From: Patescibacteria group bacterium
Lineage (GTDB): Bacteria > Patescibacteriota > Microgenomatia > UBA12405
Direction of reading: 5' to 3'
Assembly (NCBI GenBank): GCA_013387215.1
Contig: WARW01000019.1
Span: 22,717 to 86,716 of the forward strand
Length of the DNA: 64,000 bases
Positions 1-8,574 of the stretch are shown piece after piece; position 1 is the stretch's first letter; every line of letters starts with the position of its first letter. The notes under the pieces were generated by a model. The model saw only the letters and a program-made list of their open reading frames with translations, was not told the origin of the DNA and did no database searches. Position numbers and translations under genes: made by a program.

Positions 1-178
1 GCCAATTATTCTTAAAAACCATGTCTTAGTCAATAATTGGGAAAATGGCTGGCAGCTTAATTCTAATGCCGCAGCTACAATTTATCTCCTTTTCTGGCCT
101 CAGGTTCTCGAATTTATTGGCTTTGGATTTTTGCTTTTAGTCCCTCTGATAATTTCTACTAAAAAACTTGATTTTTAG
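1..178 (+). CDS. 3' end of a membrane protein (partial, runs off window start)
   Basis: Frame 2 reads PIILKNHVLVNNWENGW...IYLLFWPQVLEFIGFGFLLLVPLIISTKKLDF* with a C-terminal TM helix; not in ORF track. Confidence 0.7.
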   Translation, partial: PIILKNHVLVNNWENGWQLNSNAAATIYLLFWPQVLEFIGFGFLLLVPLIISTKKLDF

Positions 179-314
179 CCAAAAGATTGGTAAAATACCC
201 CCAATTAAGTAATCAGGCATTTGCCCTCTTTCACTTGATAAATTTCGTTCTTTAACAAACGGTCGTATTAAAAAAATGTCCTCAAAAAGAGGAAAGAAAG
301 GTAAGGTGTTTTCC
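168..314 (+). promoter_or_regulatory. Cassette 1 leader: promoter, boxA-like motif, 5' arm, SD
   Basis: TTGATT 168-173, 17 bp, TAAAAT 191-196; GTTCTTTAACAA 247-258; arm AACAAACGGTCGTAT 254-268; AAGGTG before ATG 315. Confidence 0.7.
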
Positions 315-1097
315 ATGTTAAAAAAAATCGTTTGCCTCGTAATGGTTCTCTTTGTCTGTCTATCAATAACTAGCGTTTCTTTCGGTGCTGAACCACCAAA
401 AACTATTACCGTTACTCTTGTGGACCAAAAAGTAAATTTGAGTTCCAATTGGAGTATCTATTACACCAGAGTGCTTTGGAAAAGAGCTAATGGCACAGAA
501 TACAGTCAGTTGGTCAGCTTTTCATTAAAAAGTTCCACTTTCTCTATTCCCGCAGACGCTTGGGCTGTCAAAATAGACCATGCTTCCAATGTTACAATTT
601 TTACCGAACTTCCGGCTATCTATAATAGCTGTTGGATTATTGTCAAAAATAAACCAGCCGAAGTTTGGACCAATCTCAGCCATAGTTCCACTCACACTCC
701 TGGTTTAGGACATCAGATTTACCAAGTATCTACTTGGGGCAATCATCGTTGGATTTGTTCTTATGAAACCGACACTAATTGCACAATTTGTCATCCTAAA
801 CCTTCAAACGCTATCGATGCTGGTAAAAACTTTGAAACCGGTGTTAACAACACAAAATATATCTATTTCAAAGTTGATACCAACGAGCTGGGCATAATTG
901 GGGCTTTTTCTCTTGATGGCATCTCTGATGGTGTTTACAAGGTTTATACCCCCGGTATATACACTGCTAACATTAACAATGGTTTTCTAGTTATTGTTTC
1001 CAAAGACAAGGCTCAAGCCGAGTGGGATGCACGTCTCAAAACAGCCAAAGATAATGGTTGGGCTTGTGCTCACATTGACAAAGGACCTTTGAAGTAA
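315..1097 (+). CDS. Secreted hypothetical protein; N-terminal domain related to the two downstream paralogs
   Basis: ORF 276..1097; ATG 315 follows an SD and begins a signal peptide (MLKKIVCLVMVLFVCLSITSVSFGA). Confidence 0.75.
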   Translation: MLKKIVCLVMVLFVCLSITSVSFGAEPPKTITVTLVDQKVNLSSNWSIYYTRVLWKRANGTEYSQLVSFSLKSSTFSIPADAWAVKIDHASNVTIFTELPAIYNSCWIIVKNKPAEVWTNLSHSSTHTPGLGHQIYQVSTWGNHRWICSYETDTNCTICHPKPSNAIDAGKNFETGVNNTKYIYFKVDTNELGIIGAFSLDGISDGVYKVYTPGIYTANINNGFLVIVSKDKAQAEWDARLKTAKDNGWACAHIDKGPLK

Positions 1098-1103
1098 TTT
1101 TTT

Positions 1104-1170
1104 GGGGATTCTCTTTTTTCGCAAGATTAATGGGAATCTCCTTCCTGCTTTTAATATACGACCGTTTGTT
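1104..1170 (+). other. Cassette 1 3' hairpin plus 3' arm
   Basis: GGGGATTCTC/GGGAATCTCC stem; ATACGACCGTTTGTT 1156-1170 is the exact reverse complement of 254-268. Confidence 0.75.
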
Positions 1171-1214
1171 GCAATTTTTCCTATTTTTTATTGAGTATTT
1201 TTGTGTCTAAAAAC

Positions 1215-1345
1215 TTGACATTTAACCTATAATATAGTAATATATGTTACAGTTTACAAAGAAACCTTTGTTTCGCACAAAACCGCTTCTTGTAATCCTG
1301 GTACCTTAACAAACGGCCACACTTAAACCCAAAAGGAGATTTCAA
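1215..1345 (+). promoter_or_regulatory. Cassette 2 leader: promoter, GC-loop hairpin, boxA-like motif, 5' arm, SD
   Basis: TTGACA 1215-1220, 17 bp, TAATAT 1238-1243; GTACCTTAACAA 1301-1312; arm 1309-1324; AAGGAG before ATG 1346. Confidence 0.7.
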
Positions 1346-2029
1346 ATGAACCGCAGTGTTGCTTTAAGCATTCGTATCCTTTTCACCCTCAGCTTCATTT
1401 TGGCTCTGACTTTTTCGTCCTGTTTCACGGCCAAAGCTGATTCCGGCAACACCCTGACCATTAGTGGAGATTCTAACCTCATTCAGTTCCAAACCAACTG
1501 GGATGTGGCTTCTCTGCCTATGTTTTGGGGCGTTTCAGGATTACCCATGCAGCCAGACACTATCACCTTCGTCAACCGCCAAGCTCAATTAATTCCGCCC
1601 AAAAACACCGTTTCCATGTTTTTCAATCAGCCCGGAGTCACTGTTTCCACCACCTTCACCGCTTTAACCAGTGATGGATGGTATGCAGTTCCCCAGGCTA
1701 CTGACGAGATTGTTGTTTCTGGTTCCATTGCTTTGGTTCAATTCATATCCAACTTTGATCCAGCACCACTCAGTGTTACTTGGGGCGTTTCAGGACTTCC
1801 GGCTGTAACTCAAACGGTTACTTTCACCAATCGCGTTGCCAGCCTGATTCCCCCTAAAAACACTGTGTCTATGCTGTTTGCCCCCTCAGGCATCAAAGTT
1901 ACCACAAGTTTTCCTAATCTTGGCTTTGGCTGGTATCAGGTTCCCGCAGTTACCCCAACTCCGACTCCCAGCCCGACGCCGAATCCTATTCAAAACAATT
2001 TCATTTATCTCCCTCTCGTTACTCGCTAA
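1346..2029 (+). CDS. Secreted protein with two tandem ~80-aa domains, Pro/Thr linker and C-terminal IYLPLVTR
   Basis: Signal peptide; internal repeat WGVSGLP...LIPPKNTVSM occurs twice. Confidence 0.8.
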   Translation: MNRSVALSIRILFTLSFILALTFSSCFTAKADSGNTLTISGDSNLIQFQTNWDVASLPMFWGVSGLPMQPDTITFVNRQAQLIPPKNTVSMFFNQPGVTVSTTFTALTSDGWYAVPQATDEIVVSGSIALVQFISNFDPAPLSVTWGVSGLPAVTQTVTFTNRVASLIPPKNTVSMLFAPSGIKVTTSFPNLGFGWYQVPAVTPTPTPSPTPNPIQNNFIYLPLVTR

Positions 2030-2043
2030 TTCAAATCCCGCTT

Positions 2044-2110
2044 GGGCTGCTTCCCGACTCTCGTAATCGAGGAAGCAGCCCGGGTTTGGGATAAAAGTGT
2101 GGTCGTTTGT
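2044..2110 (+). other. Cassette 2 3' hairpin plus 3' arm
   Basis: GGGCTGCTTCC/GGAAGCAGCCC 11-bp stem; AAGTGTGGTCGTTTGT 2095-2110 pairs with 1309-1324 (16 bp, one G-U). Confidence 0.75.
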
Positions 2111-2142
2111 ATAAATTTTCCCTATTTCCCCCAGATTTTTTC

Positions 2143-2279
2143 TTGACTTCTACCTATTTTTATTGTAATATAAAATACAATTATAGGCACATTCTTAAAT
2201 TGCCAAGAATTCTGCATATAATCAGTTCTTTAAAAAAACGACCGTATCTCAACCCCAAAATCAAAGAAGGAGTCTAAAA
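2143..2279 (+). promoter_or_regulatory. Cassette 3 leader: promoter, boxA-like motif, 5' arm, SD
   Basis: TTGACT 2143-2148, 17 bp, TAATAT 2166-2171; GTTCTTTAAAAA 2225-2236; arm 2235-2247; AAGGAG before ATG 2280. Confidence 0.7.
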
Positions 2280-2936
2280 ATGTATCACCGTTCAACCGCT
2301 TTACTTGCCTTTATCACCATTGTTCTGTTGAGCACTTTATTGTTCTATCAGTCAAGTGCACACGCAGAATCCGCAAACAACACCATCACCATAAGTGGAG
2401 ACAATTACCTAATCCTTTTCTCATCTGATTTCACTTCCAGCCAAGCATTTTCTGTTCATTGGAGTCCTGATAACCATAACTGGTCAACTCAAGACATCAT
2501 ATTCAATAAAAACAATGTATATATTGAGCCACCAGATGGTACTATCAGCATGAAAATTGACTCAGCCAATACTCTGATTAGTACTAGTTTTAACCCGCAA
2601 GAAAACGGCAGTTATTCTATTCCTCAAATATTCCCCCGTCTTATTCAAATGACTGGAAACAATAAACAATTAACAATGATTATTAGTAATGTTGGCCCAA
2701 TACCTATCCCCATCAGATGGAGACTCCAAAACAACATCGAAATCGAAGATACCCTGAATTTTTATGATAATACTCTTCTTGTGACTCCACCAGTAGGTGC
2801 CGTTGCTATCGGAATGAATCTAAAAGGATACAACTTTTACACCCAATTCGAACTAACTCCCGGTGGATGGTTCCAAATCACTCAGGTTGAAACTGGACCT
2901 CAGCAACAAATCTTTTTACCCTTAATTCAGGGTTAA
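2280..2936 (+). CDS. Secreted paralog of 1346..2029 with C-terminal IFLPLIQG
   Basis: Signal peptide; NTITISGDN matches NTLTISGDS of the paralog; two-domain repeat. Confidence 0.8.
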   Translation: MYHRSTALLAFITIVLLSTLLFYQSSAHAESANNTITISGDNYLILFSSDFTSSQAFSVHWSPDNHNWSTQDIIFNKNNVYIEPPDGTISMKIDSANTLISTSFNPQENGSYSIPQIFPRLIQMTGNNKQLTMIISNVGPIPIPIRWRLQNNIEIEDTLNFYDNTLLVTPPVGAVAIGMNLKGYNFYTQFELTPGGWFQITQVETGPQQQIFLPLIQG

Positions 2937-2941
2937 AGCTA

Positions 2942-3118
2942 ATGATTTATTACTACATCACTCTCATCACCAGCATCCTTTTGATAATTGGTCTGTGCGC
3001 CTTTTTTGTATTTCAGATTTGCCGTTTAAAGCGTCGTCCCACCAAGCACCAATCTTTATGGAATTATATTGGACCAATTCCTCTCGGAAGACGCAAATCG
3101 CACAGCGCTCATCGGTAA
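2942..3118 (+). CDS. Small (58 aa) single-pass membrane protein
   Basis: MIYYYITLITSILLIIGLCAFFVFQICRLKRRPTK...; TM helix followed by a basic tail; below the ORF-track cutoff; starts 6 nt after the previous stop. Confidence 0.5.
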   Translation: MIYYYITLITSILLIIGLCAFFVFQICRLKRRPTKHQSLWNYIGPIPLGRRKSHSAHR

Positions 3119-3138
3119 TCACATTTTTCAACACCAAA

Positions 3139-3203
3139 GGGCTGCCCTCAAAACACACTCGTGTCCGAGGGCAGTCCAGAAAGGGAAAAAGTGCGGTCGT
3201 TTT
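3139..3203 (+). other. Cassette 3 3' hairpin plus 3' arm
   Basis: GGGCTGCCCTC/GAGGGCAGTCC stem; GTGCGGTCGTTTT 3191-3203 pairs with 2235-2247 (13 bp, two G-U). Confidence 0.7.
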
Positions 3204-4404
3204 AAAAATTTTTCAACCACTCTTTAACTTCATTTGCTACTTTTTCTTTATTTTCTCCCTTAATTACCTGACAAATTAATTCTCCTATTTTGACCATATC
3301 CTCTTCTTTCATGCCTCTGGTAGTCATTGCTGGTGTTCCAATTCTGATACCAGATGGTCTCAAAGGTGAACCTTCTTCATGAGGAATAGTATTGGCATTA
3401 ACGATTATGTTGGCTGCCTCTAAATCTAAAGCCACTTGCTTGCCCATTTCTCTGCCCACATCCACCACCATTAAATGGTTTTCGGTCCCAAACACTCTAA
3501 ACCCATTTTTCTTTAAAGTTTCGGCCAAAGCTTTAGCATTTTTTAGCACTTGAACTGCATATTCTTTGAATTCAGGCGTACTAGCCTCGGCAAAAGCTAT
3601 CCCCATTGCTGCAATTGCATTCTCATGCGGACCGCCTTGCAGGCCTGGGAAAACTGCTTTATCGATTTTTTTAGCCAGTTCCAGATCCTTTTCCAAACCT
3701 TTTTTAGTTACGCCGATAAAAGCCCCTCTTGGACCTCTCAAACTCTTGTGGGTAGTGCTGGTTATCACATGTGCATATTCAACTGGGCTCATATGCACTC
3801 CGCCCACAACCAAACCCACAATATGGGAAATATCTGCAACTAACCAAGCACCCACACTATCGGCAATTTCTCCAAATCGTTTAAAATCCAAAACATATGG
3901 ATAAGCCGTGGTGCCGGCAAAAATCATCTTAGGTTTAGTTTCTTTAACTAAGTTTTCCAACTTGTCATAATCAATCCTTCCATCCGGCTCAACATCATAT
4001 TGGATACTTTCAAAAAACTTTCCGGAAAAAGTAATCTTTGGATGTCCATGAGTCAAATGTCCGCCAGCTGAAAGTTTCAAACCGCAGATTTTATCGTCTC
4101 TCTCCAACAAAGCCATTTGCACTGCACTATTGGCAGGACTTCCGGAATAAGGCTGGACATTTAAATGTTCCACTCCTAAAAGTTCCTTGCCTCTGGCAAT
4201 TGTTAAATTTTCAATTTCATCAATAATGGCATTGCCCTGATAATATCTTCTGCCAGGATAACCTTCAGCATATTTGTTGGTCAGCCCGCTCCCGATTGCT
4301 GCCATCACATCCTCTGATGCAAAATTCTCGCTTGGAATCAGCTGAATCTGTTCTTTTTGTCTTTTTTCTTCCGCTTTAATAAGCTCCAACATTTTATCTT
4401 TCAT
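3202..4404 (-). CDS. glyA: Serine hydroxymethyltransferase
   Basis: LIPSENF, NKYAEGYPGRRYY, GGHLTHG and TTHKSLRGPRG motifs. Confidence 0.98.
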   Translation of the reverse strand: MKDKMLELIKAEEKRQKEQIQLIPSENFASEDVMAAIGSGLTNKYAEGYPGRRYYQGNAIIDEIENLTIARGKELLGVEHLNVQPYSGSPANSAVQMALLERDDKICGLKLSAGGHLTHGHPKITFSGKFFESIQYDVEPDGRIDYDKLENLVKETKPKMIFAGTTAYPYVLDFKRFGEIADSVGAWLVADISHIVGLVVGGVHMSPVEYAHVITSTTHKSLRGPRGAFIGVTKKGLEKDLELAKKIDKAVFPGLQGGPHENAIAAMGIAFAEASTPEFKEYAVQVLKNAKALAETLKKNGFRVFGTENHLMVVDVGREMGKQVALDLEAANIIVNANTIPHEEGSPLRPSGIRIGTPAMTTRGMKEEDMVKIGELICQVIKGENKEKVANEVKEWLKNF

Positions 4405-4453
4405 ATTATTAATTAAATTAATAACAAATTAAATTTATTAAAGATTTTTAAGT

Positions 4454-4512
4454 TCATATTTTTTGAGATTTTCAACGTGGTAACACATTGACTGATCGAA
4501 AAAAAAATATGA
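4454..4512. repeat. Imperfect hairpin repeat, copy 1 (core AACGTG-loop-CACATT)
   Basis: CAACGTGGTAACACATTG at 4473-4490 inside TCATATTTTT/AAAAATATGA outer arms. Confidence 0.65.
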
Positions 4513-4531
4513 CGAAAAAATCTCAATTAAC

Positions 4532-5491
4532 TTATAGAATTTTACTCTGATTTTCCCATTTAAAAAGATCACCAAGAGATCTTTCCTGATGAACTCTCCA
4601 AATTATTTTTCCCAAAAGCGGAGCCAACGAAATCACTTTTACTTTAGGAGTTCTTTTTTCGCAAGGAATTGGAACGGAATTCAATAAAAGTATTTTTGAA
4701 GCAGCTGATGATTCTAATCTTTCACAAGCATTTTTGGACAAAAGTGCATGGGTTGCACACACCACCACATCTTTAGCCCCGAAATCTTTTAATACATTTG
4801 CTGCAGCTGCAATTGAACCGCCGGTATCAATAATGTCATCGATAATAATTGCTGTTTTATCTTTCACATCACCCACCAAATGGGCTACTTCAGCTTCGTT
4901 ATGTTGTTTTCTGACTTTATCAATAATGGCCAAAGGTGCTCCCAAAAGATCAGCTAATTTATTGGCTCTTTTTACTCCGCCAATATCTGGTGATACTACT
5001 ACGATATCTTGGTAGTTTAATTTTTTAATTTGTTTGGCAAACAAAGGATAGCCCACGAAATGGTCTACTGGAATATCGTAAAAACCTTGAATTTGTTCCG
5101 TATGTAAATCGACAGTTATTAATCTATCAGCACCTGCTTTAGTAATTAAATCAGCCACTAGCTTAGCAGTAATTGGTTCTCTAGAGGTCACCTTCCGGTC
5201 TTGTCTTGAGTAACAAAGATAAGGACAGATTAAATTGATTCTTTTTGCTGACGCTCTTTTTAAAGCGTCAATAATAATCAACATCTGCATCAAGTTGTCA
5301 TTCACCGGGCCAACTAAACTTTGAATAATATAAATATCATCTCCTCTAACTTTTTTACCTATCTTTACATATATTTCCCCATCAGCAAAATTTTTGATTT
5401 CAATCGGAGTCAAAGGCACATCTAAATTCTTCGCTATTTTCTGGGCAAGTTTTAAATGGGCAGTACCGCTAATTAATTGAATTTTGTTCAT
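4532..5491 (-). CDS. prs: Ribose-phosphate pyrophosphokinase
   Basis: FADGE, YSRQDRK, VVSPDIGG and DDIIDTGGS motifs; ATG 5491 preferred over the ORF start at 5530. Confidence 0.97.
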   Translation of the reverse strand: MNKIQLISGTAHLKLAQKIAKNLDVPLTPIEIKNFADGEIYVKIGKKVRGDDIYIIQSLVGPVNDNLMQMLIIIDALKRASAKRINLICPYLCYSRQDRKVTSREPITAKLVADLITKAGADRLITVDLHTEQIQGFYDIPVDHFVGYPLFAKQIKKLNYQDIVVVSPDIGGVKRANKLADLLGAPLAIIDKVRKQHNEAEVAHLVGDVKDKTAIIIDDIIDTGGSIAAAANVLKDFGAKDVVVCATHALLSKNACERLESSAASKILLLNSVPIPCEKRTPKVKVISLAPLLGKIIWRVHQERSLGDLFKWENQSKIL

Positions 5492-5571
5492 ACTCCTTAA
5501 ATTTTTAAAGCTGGGGGCAGCTAATTCCACTATAGCCCAAAACAGGAATATTGCTACAGGCTAAATCTGGC

Positions 5572-6333
5572 TCAAATCAATCCATTTTTTTTAACTTCCT
5601 CTACTACTTTTTCATGAATTTCTTCAAGACTCATCAAACCATCCTTATTACAGCAATTTATTGCCACCCAAGTCTTATCTGACTTAATCATTTTTTTATA
5701 TTCTTCAAAAGTAGATTCTTGATGTTCTATACTTTTTTCAGCCATATCGGCTCCTTTTCCACCCACATAATTTCTTTCGGTTTTTTTCAATATCAACTCA
5801 GCACTCACTTTTGGTTCCACTAAAAGCACAATTACCAAATCCGGTTTTAAAATTTTCATATCATTCCAGCCAGTTTTCCAAAGCCACTCCCGATATTTTT
5901 CTTTAGCCTCACCTTGAAGTTTCGCGATTTGATGAACATTGGAAGTGAAATACCGATTGGAAATAACCAACTTTCCTTCATCCACCCATTTTTTGATTTG
6001 CTGGCTGCCCCAATATTCATCAATCATATATGGCAAAACTGCCAAATATGGACTGATGCTAAAAAGATCTCCAAATTCACCGGTCAACATTCGGCCCACC
6101 AATTTTCCCCACACACTTGAATCATAATGAGGGTAATCATCAGTTTTCACTTCAAATCCTTTTTCTTCAAAATAATCACCAAGCAAACTCACCTGCTCCC
6201 CTTTCACTCCGCCTTTACTTATTTTGTATCCTTGTTGGCTTAAATATTTTTTTAATAAATCTGTCTGAACCGATTTACCGCTGCCATCCGTTCCTTCAAT
6301 CACAATAAATTTGCCTTTTTTTATTTTTTTCAT
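5572..6333 (-). CDS. tmk: Thymidylate kinase family protein
   Basis: FIVIEGTDGSGKS P-loop, NRY motif, adjacent to thyX. Confidence 0.85.
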   Translation of the reverse strand: MKKIKKGKFIVIEGTDGSGKSVQTDLLKKYLSQQGYKISKGGVKGEQVSLLGDYFEEKGFEVKTDDYPHYDSSVWGKLVGRMLTGEFGDLFSISPYLAVLPYMIDEYWGSQQIKKWVDEGKLVISNRYFTSNVHQIAKLQGEAKEKYREWLWKTGWNDMKILKPDLVIVLLVEPKVSAELILKKTERNYVGGKGADMAEKSIEHQESTFEEYKKMIKSDKTWVAINCCNKDGLMSLEEIHEKVVEEVKKNGLI

Positions 6334-7058
6334 ATCTTAGATCTTAATTCTGCACCATTAATTTTTTTCCACAACCCGCAAGACATTTTACCTTCCCAAC
6401 AAACTTTTTCATTAATACAGCTTGGTCCGGCATTTTCAAAAATATTTGGGGCTACTTTTTTCACTTCCTTTAACATTTCATTGGCAATTTTTTGAGTTTC
6501 CCATTGCGATCTTTTACAGCATCTTAAATGGAAAAAGTTTAAAAGCGATCTAGCATTCATTGTCATCACAATTTTGACTTGAATCGATTGTGGCTGGCAA
6601 TATCTGGCATCTTCCTCTGGCACCCCATTGGCTACCAATTTATTATAAATTTCCTGCGTGTGTTTCAAATGTTTTAAATATTCTTTTAAAGTCTTTTTAT
6701 CGCCTTTTAAAATCGAATCTGGAACCACATATCTGGCATCAGATCTTTTAACATACCTTCCCGATTGAATCGAAAATGAGGCAATTCTGTGTCTAATCAA
6801 ATGAATTTCTGTCACCCTGCTGGCGCCCTCTATTGCAAATGTAAATGATGCATGTTCTAAAGTGGACGTGTGGCCTGAAGCCAGCACTTGTTTAATCAAC
6901 TTAGCTCGATTTTCGTCGCTTATTTTTTTCTTGAGTTGTCTGGCTCCCACTGATGAGTAACACTGCCGAATTGCTGCAGCCGCAATTTGTTCTGGGTCTT
7001 TAGTAAATGAAATAAGTTTTACTTTCAATTTACTTTGTTTTATCATTTCAAACTCCAT
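6330..7058 (-). CDS. thyX: FAD-dependent thymidylate synthase
   Basis: GHTSTLEH, RHRIASFSIQSGRY and EDARY motifs. Confidence 0.95.
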   Translation of the reverse strand: MEFEMIKQSKLKVKLISFTKDPEQIAAAAIRQCYSSVGARQLKKKISDENRAKLIKQVLASGHTSTLEHASFTFAIEGASRVTEIHLIRHRIASFSIQSGRYVKRSDARYVVPDSILKGDKKTLKEYLKHLKHTQEIYNKLVANGVPEEDARYCQPQSIQVKIVMTMNARSLLNFFHLRCCKRSQWETQKIANEMLKEVKKVAPNIFENAGPSCINEKVCWEGKMSCGLWKKINGAELRSKI

Positions 7059-7174
7059 TTATAGACAACATTAAAAAAGTTTTCAAATGAAATTTCCAAG
7101 CTAAAGCTCTTATTTATCACCTCAGATTCCGTGTTCAACCAAGTTCTAGCTTTGCTATACTTGCATATACTTTT

Positions 7175-7732
7175 ATGGCTTTCAAAACTATTCATCACCA
7201 AAAACACTACAACTATTTCATGCTTTTTCTTGGTATTGTTTTAGCTGTTTTTCTTTCTAAAAATCCTTTATTTGAACGGTTGCTCACCCAACTTGGCCCC
7301 TACGCTTATCTTAGCGCTATTGTTGCCGGAGCCATGTTTGTATGTACTTTTTCTGTTGCTACCGGAGGCTTAATTATTTTGACGCTTGCCAAAACCATGT
7401 CCCCAATCGAGTTAATTTTATTTGGTATGTTAGGAGCAGTAATTTTTGACATGATAATTTTCCGTTCTTTTAAAAGTTCCATTGACAAAGAAATTGTTGA
7501 AGTTTTTAATAATCCCAAATTCAGCCACTTTAAAAAAATTCTTCATACCAAATATTTTGCTTGGATGATGCCGCTCATCGGTTTATTGGTTTTCATATCG
7601 CCTCTGCCAGATGAACTTGGAATCAGTTTATTGGGTTTATCTAAACTCAAAACTTATCAATTTATTTTAATATCGATCATGAACCACTCTGTGGGTATGT
7701 CTTTACTTGTCTACGCCACTCATTTTATTTAA
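7175..7732 (+). CDS. Multi-pass membrane protein
   Basis: Several hydrophobic helices; SPLPDELG motif. Confidence 0.7.
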   Translation: MAFKTIHHQKHYNYFMLFLGIVLAVFLSKNPLFERLLTQLGPYAYLSAIVAGAMFVCTFSVATGGLIILTLAKTMSPIELILFGMLGAVIFDMIIFRSFKSSIDKEIVEVFNNPKFSHFKKILHTKYFAWMMPLIGLLVFISPLPDELGISLLGLSKLKTYQFILISIMNHSVGMSLLVYATHFI

Positions 7733-7925
7733 TCTTTTTTAAGCTAGCAATTTCTTTTTGTACTTCCATAATCATCGACTGATATACTTTAATTTGTACT
7801 TCCAAATATTCATCTCCATAACAGCTCCCTGCCCGAGTCGCTGCCCAATCTTTTTGCATTTGAGATAATTTTTCTTTATATTTTATTAAATCTGCTTCCA
7901 ATCTCATCAAATTATCGCCATTCAT
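7725..7925 (-). CDS. Small coiled-coil hypothetical protein
   Basis: 66-aa ORF with a TAAAAT -10 element a few nt upstream of the ATG (leaderless pattern). Confidence 0.55.
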   Translation of the reverse strand: MNGDNLMRLEADLIKYKEKLSQMQKDWAATRAGSCYGDEYLEVQIKVYQSMIMEVQKEIASLKKIK

Positions 7926-7943
7926 AGCTCATTTTATCATTCT

Positions 7944-8519
7944 ATGTATACTTTCGATTATCTAAATAAAAATCGTTTAGCTCCAGACTTTTTTGATCAA
8001 AAAACTCTTGTCATTGCCAAAAATTTGTTAGGAAAATATTTAGTGTCCACTAAAAACAACTTTTTGCAAATCGGCGAAATTATGGAAACTGAAGCCTATA
8101 TTGGCACCAAAGATCTAGCTAGTCATGCCCGCTTTGGCGTTACTCCTAGAAATAAAATTATGTGGGGCAAACCTGGCTTTCTCTATGTTTATTTAGTTTA
8201 CGGTCTTCATCATTTGGTTAATATTGTGGTGGAACAAGAAGGTTTTCCGGCTGCTGTTTTGCTGCGTTCACTAAAACCTATTCAGGGCATCGATATCAAA
8301 ACCAACGGTCCTGCCAAGCTCTGTAAAGCTTTCAATTTGACTGTAGCTAACACTGGCACAAATATTATTACCAGCAATAAAATATTTATTGCTGACCTCA
8401 AAAACAAGCCTCAAAAAATTATCACCTCACCCCGAATTGGTATCGATTATGCCGCCGAACCTTGGAAAAGCAAAAAATGGAGATTTTTAGCCAAAAAAAA
8501 GACCCTGCAAGAATATTGA
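7944..8519 (+). CDS. mpg: DNA-3-methyladenine glycosylase (MPG/AAG family)
   Basis: ETEAYIG, YVYLVYG, NGPAKLC and RIGI motifs. Confidence 0.93.
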   Translation: MYTFDYLNKNRLAPDFFDQKTLVIAKNLLGKYLVSTKNNFLQIGEIMETEAYIGTKDLASHARFGVTPRNKIMWGKPGFLYVYLVYGLHHLVNIVVEQEGFPAAVLLRSLKPIQGIDIKTNGPAKLCKAFNLTVANTGTNIITSNKIFIADLKNKPQKIITSPRIGIDYAAEPWKSKKWRFLAKKKTLQEY

Positions 8520-8574
8520 TTATTAAATCAACACCCCATTCGAGTCTTTGACCTTCAGGTCTTTAAAAAAATAG

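Noticed and set aside
247-3203. Integron cassette array or IS terminal inverted repeats as the explanation of the flanking arms
   Set aside because: attC sites fold locally after the stop, whereas these arms pair across the gene. Arms are gene-specific, lie inside the transcript and show sense-strand G-U pairs. No integrase, transposase or target duplication is visible.
4405-4531. ZMP/ZTP or THF riboswitch upstream of glyA
   Set aside because: Conserved aptamer motifs are absent; the structure is a copy of the 3-copy hairpin also found between convergent genes.
5492-5499. AAGGAG before prs as a counter-example to SD-less core genes
   Set aside because: Only 1 nt from the ATG, too close to act as an SD; kept as a caveat.
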